Shown: positions 63,262 through 64,000 of the stretch, in pieces
Numbering within the stretch: position 1 is the stretch's first letter
Layout of the letters: each line of letters opens with the position of its first letter
Source: Histomonas meleagridis 2922-C6/04-290x
Taxonomy: Eukaryota > Protista > Parabasalia
Length of the DNA stretch: 64,000 bases
Direction: 5' to 3'
Assembly: GCA_020184695.1 (NCBI GenBank)
Contig: JAANOX010000136.1
Span: 62,001 to 126,000, forward strand
Notes under the pieces: generated by a model
Told to the model about the DNA's origin: nothing
Database searches by the model: none
Seen by the model: only the letters and a program-made list of their open reading frames with translations
Position numbers and translations under genes: made by a program

Positions 63262-64000
63262 TTTGTGAAGTGAATAGATTTACGTTCTTGTCAAATTTGA
63301 TACACTTCCAAAAAAAAGCCGTTGGGCCACCGCACTAAACGATCAAAAAGTATTCATTATGAAAGGAAGTGAAGTAACTTTTAATTGTTACAAATTTTAT
63401 TTCGACACTATGAAAAAATTCGATAGATTTACATCAATGACTAGATTAATCAATCAACTCAAAATATCAATGCTTTTTAGCTTATACAATGTGGGAAAAT
63501 AAGTAATGTTAAAAAATTCGTTTTCGAATATAAAAACCAATTTAATCATAAAATAATATTTTAATGCTGATGGTGGTTAACCACCTAAATTTCAGATTCC
63601 TCAGGATTGTTTGGGTTTATATAGGTGAAATGGTCATGACTTGTATAGAGTCGTGCAAGCAGAAGGTTTCAAGATCAAAATTGTTAGGAAGTCAAAATTT
63701 TTATTAACATATTGATGTATAGTAATTTAGTGAAATACATGAACAATTTATCTGTGATAATCACTTTCAAAGGAAAGATTGGAACTTTTTAATAAATTGG
63801 ACAGGCAAAAATTCATATGGTTCATGTTATGAGTACAGTAATGAGAACATATAAGACCCTAGGATATCCGATAAATTCTATCTACCAATTTTGAGAAAAA
63901 TTAAAAATTCTTTTCAAAAATAAAATTGTCTTTGCTTGCGATGCTTGGCAGTTAACTGTCATACGGTTTTGCACGGTGGGCAAATGGGAAAAATAAACGG

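Noticed and set aside
1-64000. Parabasalid spliceosomal introns (GT...ACTAACACACAG)
   Set aside because: I saw no full 3' motif. The isolated ACTAAC hexamers are not followed by ACACAG.

Overview
AT-rich eukaryotic DNA, almost certainly from a parabasalid flagellate (Trichomonas/Tritrichomonas-like). Support: compact single-exon genes, a BspA-type LRR gene, DUF3447-like/ankyrin genes, divergent Rab GTPases and IFT/centriole genes. The organism call is inference from gene content. Housekeeping genes recognised: RAD51, RPE, ADA2, RPS3, CEP104-like, MetRS, SERINC, an importin-beta-like protein, IFT70/TTC30, RPL35 and one tRNA-Gly(GCC). Also present are a 2585-aa GRIP-domain golgin, a 4-domain saposin precursor, bacterial-type genes and several pseudogene relics. 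The ORF track uses TTG/GTG starts, so I moved starts to ATG where needed. The standout observation concerns three ankyrin-repeat loci (10686-13100 +, 23597-27072 -, 44862-47675 +) and one relic (about 30690-30990 -). At these loci every ankyrin repeat is cut at the same position by an 80-nt U/A-rich segment, giving a 170-nt period. The segment breaks the frame, usually carries stops, and lacks GT-AG ends and the parabasalid ACTAAC...AG motif. Its length and a G 23 nt upstream of the next Thr codon are nonetheless kept in strongly diverged copies, and all 33 flanking coding blocks are stop-free. Removing 71 nt would restore exact 33-aa ankyrin repeats. This points to an unannotated non-canonical intron, or a ribosome-bypass or DNA-elimination signal, in a DARPin-like variable repeat family. 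The mechanism cannot be determined from DNA alone.
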